Under the pieces are notes generated by a model. It searched no databases. It saw nothing but the letters and a program-made list of their open reading frames with translations, and was not told where the DNA came from. From the NCBI GenBank assembly GCA_015491895.1, contig WFVA01000024.1, positions 3,323 through 67,322 of the forward strand: DNA of 64,000 bases, written 5' to 3'. Positions 40,981 to 49,380 of this stretch are shown here, piece after piece (within the stretch, counting starts at the first letter, position 1; each line of letters starts with the position of its first letter). A program made the translations under genes and the position numbers. Source of the DNA: Albidovulum sp. Its GTDB lineage: Bacteria > Pseudomonadota > Alphaproteobacteria > Rhodobacterales > Rhodobacteraceae.

Positions 40981-41296
40981 ATTCATCATCGCCATCGCGA
41001 TCATCCTGTTCGTGGCTTTTGCCTTTGGCTGGTTTGCCCATTGGCTGGTGCATCGCTTCACGCGCGTTTCGGGCGGTGACATGAACGAGATCGATCGCAT
41101 GGCCCAGGCGCTTCACGAGGCCGAGGAGGCGCGCGATCAGGCCATCGCCTACCAGCAGCAGCGCGAAGCGGAGATGACGAACCAGCTCCATCAGATGGAA
41201 GCCGAGCTTTCCGCCGCGATGGACGGCCTCAGAGCCGCCCGCCAGGAGGCCGAGGAACTGCGGGCCTATATCGAGCGGATGAACAAGCCCGGCTAA
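40967..41296 (+). CDS. Hypothetical TM-anchored coiled-coil protein (109 aa)
   Basis: MNRTEFIIAIAIILFVAFAFGWFAHWLV followed by heptad-like EAEEARDQAIAYQQQREAEM.... The ATG overlaps the last 14 nt of the OmpA-family gene. Confidence 0.55.
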   Translation: MNRTEFIIAIAIILFVAFAFGWFAHWLVHRFTRVSGGDMNEIDRMAQALHEAEEARDQAIAYQQQREAEMTNQLHQMEAELSAAMDGLRAARQEAEELRAYIERMNKPG

Positions 41297-41304
41297 GCGG
41301 CAGA

Positions 41305-41760
41305 TCACCAGCGGGTGAGCGCGGCTTCGTCCTCTTCCTTCGCGGCCACCCATTCGGCCCCGTCGGACGTATATTCCTTCTTCCAGAAGGGCGCGCGCGA
41401 TTTCAGATAGTCCATGAGGAATTCCGCCGCCGCGAAAGCCGCCTTGCGGTGGCGCGCGGCCGTGGCCACCATCATGATCCACTCGCCGGGGCGCAGCGCG
41501 CCATGGCGATGAACGATCAGCGCGCCGGCAAGATCCCAGCGCTTCATGGCATCGGCACGGATCTTTTCCAGAGCCCGCTCCGTCATCCCCGGGTAATGCT
41601 CGATCTCCATGCGATCGAGCCGCCCGCCCGCATCGTCGCGCACGATGCCGGTAAAGCTCACCATCGCCCCGGCCCCCGATGTGGCGGCCTCGAAGGCCTC
41701 CAGCTCGGCCCCGAGATCAAAGGCCTCCCGCTGCACCCGCACGCCGCCGGCCCCGCTCAT
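41305..41760 (-). CDS. moaE: Molybdopterin synthase catalytic subunit
   Basis: GAMVSFTGIVRDD...IEHYPGM...VATAARHRKAAFAAAEFLMDYLKSRAPFWKKE. Confidence 0.9.
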   Translation of the reverse strand: MSGAGGVRVQREAFDLGAELEAFEAATSGAGAMVSFTGIVRDDAGGRLDRMEIEHYPGMTERALEKIRADAMKRWDLAGALIVHRHGALRPGEWIMMVATAARHRKAAFAAAEFLMDYLKSRAPFWKKEYTSDGAEWVAAKEEDEAALTRW

Positions 41761-41763
41761 GGC

Positions 41764-42012
41764 TCAGCCACCCGTCATCGGCGGAAAGAAGGCCACCTCG
41801 CGCGCACCGGAAAGCGGCGTGGAGAAATCGGCCAGTTCCTGATCCACGGCCACCCTGAGCGCCGAAACATCCGCAAAGGCCGCCGCATAGCGCGGCTCGC
41901 GCTTCTTGAGCTCCTCCACCAGATCGGCCACCGTGGTAGCCTGCGTTTCCACCGCCTCGCGGGGCTTTCCGATGCGCTCGCGCACCCAGGCGAAATAGAG
42001 AACGTCAATCAT
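41764..42012 (-). CDS. moaD: Molybdopterin synthase sulfur carrier subunit
   Basis: 82 aa ending in EVAFFPPMTGG (C-terminal GG). Confidence 0.9.
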   Translation of the reverse strand: MIDVLYFAWVRERIGKPREAVETQATTVADLVEELKKREPRYAAAFADVSALRVAVDQELADFSTPLSGAREVAFFPPMTGG

Positions 42013-42015
42013 GGC

Positions 42016-42681
42016 TCATTCCTCATCGCGAAGCAGGGGAAGCGCCTTGCGGAAGTAATCGAAGCCGGTCAGCAAGGTCAGCACGGCGGCGATCCACAAG
42101 AGCACGATACCGATCCACCAGCTCCAGATCATCGCATTGTATTTCCACACCAGCCCAAGGTGATCTTCCTCGCGCCCGGTCAGTATATCAAGGATCATCT
42201 GGCTATCCATACCCATGGTGCGAATGCCGAAGGAATGCTCGAAAAGCCCTTCGGAGAACAGCACCGCAAGCGCGATCATCTGCGCCGTCGTCTTCCATTT
42301 CGCAAGCTTCGTGACCTTCAGCCTGTGTGCTTCATCCCCGAGAAACTCGCGCAGACCGGAGATGAACACCTCGCGAAACACGATCAGCGTGGCCGGCAGG
42401 AGGATCCAGGGATCCATCCCCGAAACGGCGGTGATGACGAGGAGCGCGATCATCACCATGGCCTTGTCGGCGATCGGATCGAGCATGGCGCCAAATCTGC
42501 TCTCCTGCTTCCACCGCCGGGCCAGGTAGCCATCGAAGAAATCCGTGATCGCAGCCCCGAGGAAGAGGAGCAGCGCATACCAATCGGAGATCGGACGGGC
42601 AAAATAGAGAAACATCACCGCCACGCCGGGGGCCGCGAGAAGGCGCAGAAACGTGAGGATATTGGGCAGGTTCCAGTTCAT
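42016..42681 (-). CDS. pgsA: CDP-diacylglycerol-glycerol-3-phosphate 3-phosphatidyltransferase
   Basis: NLPNILTFLRL...DFFDGYLARRW...GAMLDPIADK (CDP-alcohol phosphatidyltransferase motif). Confidence 0.9.
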   Translation of the reverse strand: MNWNLPNILTFLRLLAAPGVAVMFLYFARPISDWYALLLFLGAAITDFFDGYLARRWKQESRFGAMLDPIADKAMVMIALLVITAVSGMDPWILLPATLIVFREVFISGLREFLGDEAHRLKVTKLAKWKTTAQMIALAVLFSEGLFEHSFGIRTMGMDSQMILDILTGREEDHLGLVWKYNAMIWSWWIGIVLLWIAAVLTLLTGFDYFRKALPLLRDEE

Positions 42682-42699
42682 GAGGCCACCATTAGCGAC

Positions 42700-44604
42700 T
42701 CAGCCGCGCTCATGGAAGAAGTCATATATCTGGCGGGCGAGTTTTTCGCTGATCCCCTCGACGGCGCAGAGATCCTGCACCCCCGCGCGGCTCACGGCCC
42801 GGGCGCTGCCGAAACGGGCGAGCAGGGCGCGCTTGCGCGCCGCGCCGACGCCGGGCACCTCGTCAAGGGGCGTGGCGGAAATCGCCTTGCTGCGCCTTGC
42901 CCGGTGCGTGCCGATGGCAAAGCGGTGTGCTTCGTCGCGCAGGCGCTGGATGAAATAGAGCACGGGATCATTGTGCCTCAGCGCAAGAGGCGGCCTGCCG
43001 GGCAGATGAAATTCCTCCCGCCCCGCATTGCGGTCCTCCCCCTTGGCAACACCGACGATCGGAACGCCCTTCACGCCAAGTTCTTCCAGCACGCCCGCAA
43101 CCGCGCTCACCTGCCCTGCGCCGCCATCGATCAGCAGCAGATCCGGCCAGCCTCCGCCTTCACGCGCGGGATCCTCCTTCATCAGCCGGCGGAAACGGCG
43201 CGTGAGCACCTCCTTCATCATCGCGAAATCATCGCCGGGCGCGATATCCGCGCCGCGGATGTTGAACTTGCGATACTGGCTCTTCATGAAGCCTTCCGGC
43301 CCCGCCACGATCATCGCACCCACGGGATGGGCGCCCTGGATGTGGCTGTTGTCGTAAACCTCGATGCGCCCGGGCGGCGCCGCAAGGCCGAAAGCCTCGG
43401 CCAGCCCCGCAAGAAGCCGCGCCTGGCTTGCGCTTTCGGCCATGCGCCGGGCAAGCGATTCACGGGCGTTCCTGAGCGCATTCTCCACGAGCTCCGCCTT
43501 TTCGCCGCGCCTTGGCACGATCAGGCGCACCCGCCGCCCGGCCTTCTGGGAAAGCGCCTCCTCCATCAGATCGGCATTCTCTATCGGGTGGGAAAGGATC
43601 AGCAGCGGCGCCGGGGCCTTGTTGGCATAGAACTGGCCGATGAAGGCCTCGAGCACCTCGCTTTCCTCCGCCCCCGCGCCGGTGCGGGGATAGAAATCGC
43701 GATTGCCCCAGTTCTGATGGGCGCGAATGAAGAAAACCTGCACGCAGGCCTGTCCGCCCTCCATATGGAGCGCGATCACATCCGCCTCGCGCGTGGAGCG
43801 CGGGTTTATGCCCTGGGCCGATTGCACCTGTGTCAGCGCGTTGATACGATCGCGCAGCGCCGCGGCGCGCTCGAACTCAAGCGCCGCGGAAGCCTCGGCC
43901 ATCTCCCGCGCCAGCGCCTCCTGCACGCCATGAGTGCGCCCTTCCAGGAATTCCTCCGCATCCCGCACGAGGCGCGCATAATCCGCTTCGCTGATCTTGC
44001 CGCAGCATGGCCCCGAGCAGCGCTTGATCTGGTAAAGCAGGCATGGCCGCGTGCGCCCGGCAAACATCGCATCCGAGCAATTGCGCAGCAGGAAAACCTT
44101 CTGCAGCTGATTGAGCGTGCGATTGACCGCCCCGGCAGAGGCGAAGGGGCCGAAATAGCTGCCCTTTCGCCTGCGCCGCCCGCGGTGCTTCGTGATCTGG
44201 GGAAAGGGCGTATCCTTCGTGATAAGGATATGGGGGAAGCTCTTGTCATCGCGCAGAAGCACGTTGAAATGGGGCTTGAGCTGCTTGATCAGGTTCTGTT
44301 CGAGCAGGAGCGCCTCGGTTTCGGTGCGGGTCGTGAGAAACATCATCGAGGCCGTCTGCGAGATCATGCGGGCGATGCGCTCGCTGTGGCCGGTGGGGCG
44401 GGCATAGCTCGATACCCTTTTGCGCAGGCTTCGCGCCTTGCCCACATAGAGCACCCGGCCCTTCGCATCGAGCATCCGATAGACGCCGGGGCTGTTATCA
44501 AGCGTCTTGAGATAGCCACGGATGACCTCATGACCGGTAGCCGCCTCCGCCTGCGCATCCGGCGCTTGCGGCGCTCTTTCCATGCTGCCCGGCTTTTCGC
44601 TCAT
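42700..44604 (-). CDS. uvrC: Excinuclease ABC subunit C
   Basis: GIY-YIG block [31 protein letters not shown] domain, C-terminal HhH. Confidence 0.95.
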   Translation of the reverse strand: MSEKPGSMERAPQAPDAQAEAATGHEVIRGYLKTLDNSPGVYRMLDAKGRVLYVGKARSLRKRVSSYARPTGHSERIARMISQTASMMFLTTRTETEALLLEQNLIKQLKPHFNVLLRDDKSFPHILITKDTPFPQITKHRGRRRRKGSYFGPFASAGAVNRTLNQLQKVFLLRNCSDAMFAGRTRPCLLYQIKRCSGPCCGKISEADYARLVRDAEEFLEGRTHGVQEALAREMAEASAALEFERAAALRDRINALTQVQSAQGINPRSTREADVIALHMEGGQACVQVFFIRAHQNWGNRDFYPRTGAGAEESEVLEAFIGQFYANKAPAPLLILSHPIENADLMEEALSQKAGRRVRLIVPRRGEKAELVENALRNARESLARRMAESASQARLLAGLAEAFGLAAPPGRIEVYDNSHIQGAHPVGAMIVAGPEGFMKSQYRKFNIRGADIAPGDDFAMMKEVLTRRFRRLMKEDPAREGGGWPDLLLIDGGAGQVSAVAGVLEELGVKGVPIVGVAKGEDRNAGREEFHLPGRPPLALRHNDPVLYFIQRLRDEAHRFAIGTHRARRSKAISATPLDEVPGVGAARKRALLARFGSARAVSRAGVQDLCAVEGISEKLARQIYDFFHERG

Positions 44605-44640
44605 TTTCCGACTCTGATGATTCTCATGCTGGCTGCAATC

Positions 44641-44649
44641 TTATCCGCA
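44641..44649 (+). promoter_or_regulatory. DnaA-box-like 9-mer TTATCCGCA (1 mismatch to TTATCCACA)
   Basis: Read directly in the AT-rich spacer upstream of uvrC. Confidence 0.4.
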
Positions 44650-44663
44650 CTCATGCAAGGGAT
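44641..44663 (+). repeat. Direct repeat copy A: TTATCC-GCACTCATGCAAGGGAT
   Basis: GCACTCATGCAAGGGAT (44647-44663) matches GCACTCACGCAAGTGAT (44765-44781) at 15/17 positions. Both are preceded by TTAT (copy A has 2 extra C). Confidence 0.75.
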
Positions 44664-44680
44664 AACATCTCCACAATTTC

Positions 44681-44689
44681 TGTGGATAA
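44681..44689 (-). promoter_or_regulatory. Perfect DnaA box (TGTGGATAA = reverse complement of TTATCCACA)
   Basis: Exact match to the canonical 9-mer. The sequence match is certain; function is untested. Confidence 0.5.
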
Positions 44690-44760
44690 CTCTGTTGGCA
44701 AATCCCTCTCGCAGAAGAAAACCTCTTCCATCCAAAGGGTTTCGGCATTTTGCACAAAAA

Positions 44761-44781
44761 TTATGCACTCACGCAAGTGAT
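44761..44781 (+). repeat. Direct repeat copy B: TTAT-GCACTCACGCAAGTGAT
   Basis: See copy A. The copies are 120 nt apart. Confidence 0.75.
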
Positions 44782-44904
44782 TGTTTTCAAACAACAAAAA
44801 ATGCGCCCTCCTCCAAGCATATGATTTCTCTGCAAAATCTACAGAGGCGAACTGCCGGCGGTTTTGCCGGTGCACAACTTTGGACGACAATGCCGTGACG
44901 TCAA

Positions 44905-45699
44905 TCACTCCGGGCCAAGAACGTCCGGCGTTTTCCAGGCCAGATGCTGGCCTCCGTCAACACAGATCACCTGCCCGGTAACCGCCGGAGAATCGAGGAA
45001 AAATCCGAGCGCCATGCAGATATCTTCGGGATGAGCGCCACGCTCGAGAATGGTAGCGGCACGCTGGCGGGCGAAATGCTCCTCGCTCTGGCGCGCGCCG
45101 CGAAGGGTCGGCCCGGGGGCGATGGCATTCACCCGCACATGAGGCGCAAGCGCCTGGGCTGCAGTGCGCGTGAAAGCCCAGAGACCCTGCTTTGCCAGTG
45201 AATAGCTCATGAATTCGGGCGTGGGCTTGCGGATGCGCTGATCAAGCATGTTGATCACCAGCGCCCCGGCGCGCAGTTCTCCCATTCCGTCCCTTTCGGC
45301 CCGGGGGGCCTGACGGGCGAAATTCTGGGTCAGCACGAAAGGCGCGCGCAGATTGGATTCCATATGCCGATCCCAGCTTTCGCGCGTGGCGGTTTCGATC
45401 GTATCGTGTTCGAAGATCGATGCGTTGTTCACAAGGCATGTGAGGGGGCCGCCAAGCGCATCGCCGGCCCGCGCCACGAGGCTCTGGCTCTCCTCTTCCC
45501 GCAGCAGATCCGCGCCGAGCACTTCCGCCTTGCGGCCCATCTCCCGGATCCGGGTGGCAAGGGATTCGGCCTCGCTCTGCGAGCTTGCATAATGAAGCGC
45601 GAGATCAAATCCTCTCCCGGCAAGATGGAGCGCCATGGCCCGCCCGAGGCGCCGCGCCGCGCCCGTCACGAGCGCCCGCTTGCCGGCCTTCGCCTTCAT
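44905..45699 (-). CDS. SDR-family oxidoreductase
   Basis: ALVTGAARRLGRAMA (TGxxxxxG), NNAS, YSLAK catalytic motif. ATGA overlap with the antiporter gene upstream. Confidence 0.8.
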   Translation of the reverse strand: MKAKAGKRALVTGAARRLGRAMALHLAGRGFDLALHYASSQSEAESLATRIREMGRKAEVLGADLLREEESQSLVARAGDALGGPLTCLVNNASIFEHDTIETATRESWDRHMESNLRAPFVLTQNFARQAPRAERDGMGELRAGALVINMLDQRIRKPTPEFMSYSLAKQGLWAFTRTAAQALAPHVRVNAIAPGPTLRGARQSEEHFARQRAATILERGAHPEDICMALGFFLDSPAVTGQVICVDGGQHLAWKTPDVLGPE

Positions 45700-46670
45700 G
45701 AAAACACCATCCAGATATAGAGCGCATAAAGCGCGGCAAGCATGAAGCCGCCAAACCTGCTGATATTCCAGTGCATGAAAATGAGCGGCAGGATCATGAG
45801 CGAAGCCCCCAGCATGACCCACAGATCAAAGGAGAGCACGGCAGCAGGAACCGGGATTTCGCCGAAGAAGGAAGCGATTCCGATGATCGCCAGGAGATTG
45901 AACATGTTGGAGCCGACAACATTGCCAAGCGCCACATCCGCATGATCCTTGCGCGCGGCCATGATGGAGGTGGCTAGCTCGGGCAGGGATGTCCCGATAG
46001 CGACCAGCGTAAGCCCGATCACGGCCTCCGCCACTCCGAAACTGCGCGCAATATTGCTCGCACCTTCCACCAGAAGATCGGCCCCGAGCGGCAGCCCGAT
46101 CAGGCCGAGCAGGGTAAAGACGCCGATCTGCCACCATGGCATGTCTTCATCCACGCCCTCGAGATCGATCTCGGGCTCTTCCCCCTTCGCACCGGCACGC
46201 TCCCCATCGCGGCGCCGGCGCCTTTGAGCGCGCGCATCAAGAAAATTGTCCGTCAGCACAAGGCCGAGTGCGGCCAGCAGGATCATGCCGTGGACCCAGG
46301 TAATCGGCTCGAGATAGCACACGGCTATGAACAGCAGGGTCGAGAACAGCATGAAGAGATAGGATTTCCGGCTGCGGCAAACGCTCGTGCGCAACCCGTA
46401 GAACATGGCCGGGAGGCCCAGCACCAGAAGGATATTGGCAATGTTGGAGCCAACCACATTGCCAAGCGCCAGCCCCGGCACATGATCGCGCACCGCCTGC
46501 ACCGAGATCAGAAGCTCCGGCGCGGAAGTGCCGAAGGCCACCACCGTCAGACTCACGATCAGCGCCGGCACACCGAGCCGGAGGCTGAGGTTGACGGCGC
46601 CGCGCACCAGCGAATCCCCCGCGAGCAGCAGGATCAGAAGCCCGATGCAGGTATAGGTCCAGTCCAGCAT
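45696..46670 (-). CDS. Ca2+/Na+ antiporter (CaCA/YrbG family)
   Basis: Two alpha-repeat motifs GTSAPELLISV and GTSLPELATSI, with an acidic/basic central loop. Confidence 0.85.
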   Translation of the reverse strand: MLDWTYTCIGLLILLLAGDSLVRGAVNLSLRLGVPALIVSLTVVAFGTSAPELLISVQAVRDHVPGLALGNVVGSNIANILLVLGLPAMFYGLRTSVCRSRKSYLFMLFSTLLFIAVCYLEPITWVHGMILLAALGLVLTDNFLDARAQRRRRRDGERAGAKGEEPEIDLEGVDEDMPWWQIGVFTLLGLIGLPLGADLLVEGASNIARSFGVAEAVIGLTLVAIGTSLPELATSIMAARKDHADVALGNVVGSNMFNLLAIIGIASFFGEIPVPAAVLSFDLWVMLGASLMILPLIFMHWNISRFGGFMLAALYALYIWMVFS

Positions 46671-46673
46671 GGA

Positions 46674-46841
46674 TCAGCCTTTCCTGCTTTTCGTGCAATC
46701 ACAGGGCCCGCGCCCGATGCGGAAGCGCCCGCAATGAGGGCATTTGCGCGAAGCAAGCCTCGCCTGCCCCGGAAAGCGAAGCCTGCCGAAAATCGCGAGA
46801 ATGATGATCGCGATCAGGAAGAATGTGACGGCCTTCACCAT
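46674..46841 (-). CDS. Unannotated 55-aa protein: N-terminal TM helix + CxxC...CxC cluster
   Basis: Own translation MVKAVTFFLIAIIILAIFGRLRFPGQARLASRKCPHCGRFRIGRGPCDCTKSRKG. The ATG lies 3 nt after the S49 peptidase stop; the stop lies 3 nt before the antiporter ATG. Below the ORF-track cutoff. Confidence 0.45.
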   Translation of the reverse strand: MVKAVTFFLIAIIILAIFGRLRFPGQARLASRKCPHCGRFRIGRGPCDCTKSRKG

Positions 46842-46844
46842 GCC

Positions 46845-47642
46845 CTACAATCCGTATCTCGCATATTCCGCGCGCTCCTCGATCCGATCCACGGCACCAT
46901 CCATCATTTCGATGCCGAGCCGGCGCAGAAAGGCCGGCCGCACTCCATAGCGCATGAATCTGGCCTTGTCTCCGTAAACCTGCCGCATCCGGTCCTCGAG
47001 ATGCCCGATACCATCGGCAAGCCCCACATCAACGCCCTTGCGCCCGATCCAGATCTCGCCGGTAAACAGCGCCGGATCATCCGAGAGCCGCTCGCCCCTG
47101 CGGGCCTTTACATGGGCGATGAAATTCTCGTGGATACCCTCGAGCAGGCGCTTGAGGCGTTTCACGTCAGCCGGTTTTTCGGGCAGGAAGGGATCGAGCA
47201 TGGATTTCGAGCGCCCGGCCGTATGGAGGCGGCGCTCGATCCCGTGGCGGGTGATGAATTCATGCAGGCCGAAGCCCGCCGAGATTACACCGATCGAGCC
47301 GATCACCGAGTTTTCATCAAGCCAGATGTCATCCGCGGCAGTGGCCAGCCAGTAGCCCCCGGAGGCAGCCACATCCTCCACGAAGGCATGAACGGGGATC
47401 TTCCTCTCCCCCGCCAGCCGGCGGATGCGTGCGGCGATCAGCGAGGATTGCACCGGCGAGCCACCGGGCGAATTGATCACGAGCGCCACGGCGACAGGCT
47501 TGTGGCGGCGAAAGGCGCGCTCGACCAGGGGGGCGAGCGTGGCATCATTCAGCCGCCCGCGCCCGGCAGGAGCGATCACACCCTGAAGGCGGATGACCGC
47601 AATGCGCGGCGCCCTGGAAATGAACGGCAGGTAAAGACTCAT
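46845..47642 (-). CDS. S49-family serine peptidase (SppA-like, short form)
   Basis: INSPGGSPVQS...VEDVAASGGYWLA (ClpP/crotonase-fold S49 motifs). Start at Met25 of the ORF. Confidence 0.8.
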   Translation of the reverse strand: MSLYLPFISRAPRIAVIRLQGVIAPAGRGRLNDATLAPLVERAFRRHKPVAVALVINSPGGSPVQSSLIAARIRRLAGERKIPVHAFVEDVAASGGYWLATAADDIWLDENSVIGSIGVISAGFGLHEFITRHGIERRLHTAGRSKSMLDPFLPEKPADVKRLKRLLEGIHENFIAHVKARRGERLSDDPALFTGEIWIGRKGVDVGLADGIGHLEDRMRQVYGDKARFMRYGVRPAFLRRLGIEMMDGAVDRIEERAEYARYGL

Positions 47643-47733
47643 GGGCCTGCATGTATAGCCCCCGCGCAATGCAAACAAGGGAAGCGAGGGGGAATTGCGA
47701 GGCGCGGGCGCCATATGTGGCGCTGACGCCGCG

Positions 47734-49221
47734 TCAGACCATCTGCGTGGCCTTCACCGCGCGCTGCCAGCGGGCGTATCTCGCTGCCCGCTCGGCCTCG
47801 TCCATCCCGGCCTCAAAGCTCCGTTCAAGCGCCCATCCGCGGGCAAATTCCGCCTGCCCCGGATAGACCCCGGCCCGCATCCCGGCAATCCAGGCCACGC
47901 CCAGCGCTGTCGTTTCCAGCACGCGCGGGCGATCAACGCGCGCGTCAAGGATATCGGCGAGGAACTGCATGGTGTAATCGCTCGCCGTCATCCCGCCATC
48001 CACCCGCAGCACCCGGCCAAGCCCCTCGGCAGGCCAGTCGGCGCGCATGGCCTCGATGAGATCACGGGTCTGATAGCCAACGCTCTGAAGCGCGGCGCGG
48101 GCGAATTCGGCGGGGCCGGAATTGCGCGTGAGCCCGAAGAGCGCGCCGCGGGCTTCGGCATTCCACCAGGGCGCGCCAAGGCCGGTGAAGGCCGGCACGA
48201 GGATCACGTCCTGGCCCGGATCGGCGCGCTCGGCGAGGGCGGCGGTTTCGCCCGCCCCGGCGATGATCCCGAGCCCGTCGCGCAGCCATTGCACCGCCGC
48301 CCCGGCGATGAAGATCGAGCCCTCCAGCGCATAGGTGGGTGTTCCGCCGAACTGGTAGGCGATGGTGCCGAGGAGGCGGTTGCGGCTCTCGACAAGCTCC
48401 GCCCCGGTATTGAGAAGCGCAAAGCAGCCGGTGCCATAGGTGGATTTCATCATCCCCGGCTCGAAGCAGGCCTGCCCCACGGTGGCCGCCTGCTGATCGC
48501 CCGCAACACCCCGGATTGGAATCGCCGCGCCGAGGAGATCGGGGCTCGTGGCGCCGTAATCGCCATCGCAATCGCGCACCTCGGGCAGCATGGCCATCGG
48601 GATATCGAGAAGAGCGCAGATTTCCTCATCCCAATGGCCTTCGCGGATGTTGTAAAGGAGGGTGCGCGCGGCATTCGTGGCGTCGGTCGCGTGCACCCGC
48701 CCGTCTGTCAGATTCCAGATCAGCCAGCTGTCTACGGTGCCGAAGAGAAGCTCCCCTGCCTCGGCGCGTGCGCGTGCACCCTCCACATGATCGAGGATCC
48801 ACTTGAGCTTGGTGCCGGAGAAATAGGGATCGAGCAGCAGCCCGGTGCGATGGGTGATCATCGCCTCATGCCCCGCTTCCTTCAGCGCCTCGCAGATCGG
48901 GGCCGTGCGCCGATCCTGCCAGACAATCGCATTGTGGATCGCCCGGCCCGTTTCGCGCTCCCACACCAGCGTCGTTTCACGCTGATTGGTGATGCCGATC
49001 GCAGCAATGGCGGCTGCCTCCTGCCCGGCCTCTTCCAGCACATTGCGGCAGGTGGACAGGGTTGTGCGCCACAGATCCCCCGGATCATGCTCGACCCATC
49101 CCGATTGCGGATAATGCTGGGCAAATTCCTCCTGCGCCTGGGCCACGGGGCGAAGATCGCCATCGAAAAGGATTGCGCGCGAGGATGTGGTGCCCTGATC
49201 GATCGCCAGAATATGAGTCAT
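47734..49221 (-). CDS. glpK: Glycerol kinase
   Basis: [31 protein letters not shown]-family blocks throughout. Confidence 0.95.
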   Translation of the reverse strand: MTHILAIDQGTTSSRAILFDGDLRPVAQAQEEFAQHYPQSGWVEHDPGDLWRTTLSTCRNVLEEAGQEAAAIAAIGITNQRETTLVWERETGRAIHNAIVWQDRRTAPICEALKEAGHEAMITHRTGLLLDPYFSGTKLKWILDHVEGARARAEAGELLFGTVDSWLIWNLTDGRVHATDATNAARTLLYNIREGHWDEEICALLDIPMAMLPEVRDCDGDYGATSPDLLGAAIPIRGVAGDQQAATVGQACFEPGMMKSTYGTGCFALLNTGAELVESRNRLLGTIAYQFGGTPTYALEGSIFIAGAAVQWLRDGLGIIAGAGETAALAERADPGQDVILVPAFTGLGAPWWNAEARGALFGLTRNSGPAEFARAALQSVGYQTRDLIEAMRADWPAEGLGRVLRVDGGMTASDYTMQFLADILDARVDRPRVLETTALGVAWIAGMRAGVYPGQAEFARGWALERSFEAGMDEAERAARYARWQRAVKATQMV

Positions 49222-49323
49222 TTTTCGCCTCCCCCCCCGCTGGTTTCGCTTTTCGGGAGTGTCGGCCTGGCGTAAGGTTTCGTCAAGCGCCTGTTTCGAT
49301 GGGAAATGGCCCGCGGCGCGCTG

Positions 49324-49351
49324 TTGAAATGGCGCGCATGGGCATTATCTT
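49324..49351 (+). promoter_or_regulatory. Putative heat-shock-like/sigma70 promoter (GTTGAAA ... CATTATCT) upstream of the DnaJ-like gene
   Basis: TTGAAA-N15/16-TTATCT/TATCTT resembles the alphaproteobacterial RpoH-type CTTG-N17-CYTATNT. Pattern match only. Confidence 0.3.
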
Positions 49352-49380
49352 CTCTCAACAAACGAATTGCAGAGGCAGTG

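Noticed and set aside
41449-44898. 1149-aa plus-strand ORF, the longest in the window
   Set aside because: It is antisense to four well-supported genes (moaE, moaD, pgsA, uvrC) that happen to share one frame. The translation is Arg/Gly/Ala/His/Pro-rich, has no recognisable domain and no SD at its start. This is the classic high-GC antisense open frame.
44605-44904. Interpretation of the DnaA-box region as the chromosomal oriC
   Set aside because: The flanking genes on both sides are on the minus strand (no leading-strand switch). No hemE, dnaA or parAB neighbours typical of alphaproteobacterial origins are present, I found no CtrA-type TTAA-N7-TTAA site, and only one box is perfect. It is kept as a lower-probability alternative in the findings.
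44651-44908. 85-aa minus-strand ORF in the AT-rich spacer, GTG start overlapping the SDR stop (GTGA)
   Set aside because: The composition is unlike every other protein in the window, with no SD and no motif. It spans the DnaA-box/repeat region, which looks regulatory rather than coding. It cannot be fully excluded without expression or conservation data.
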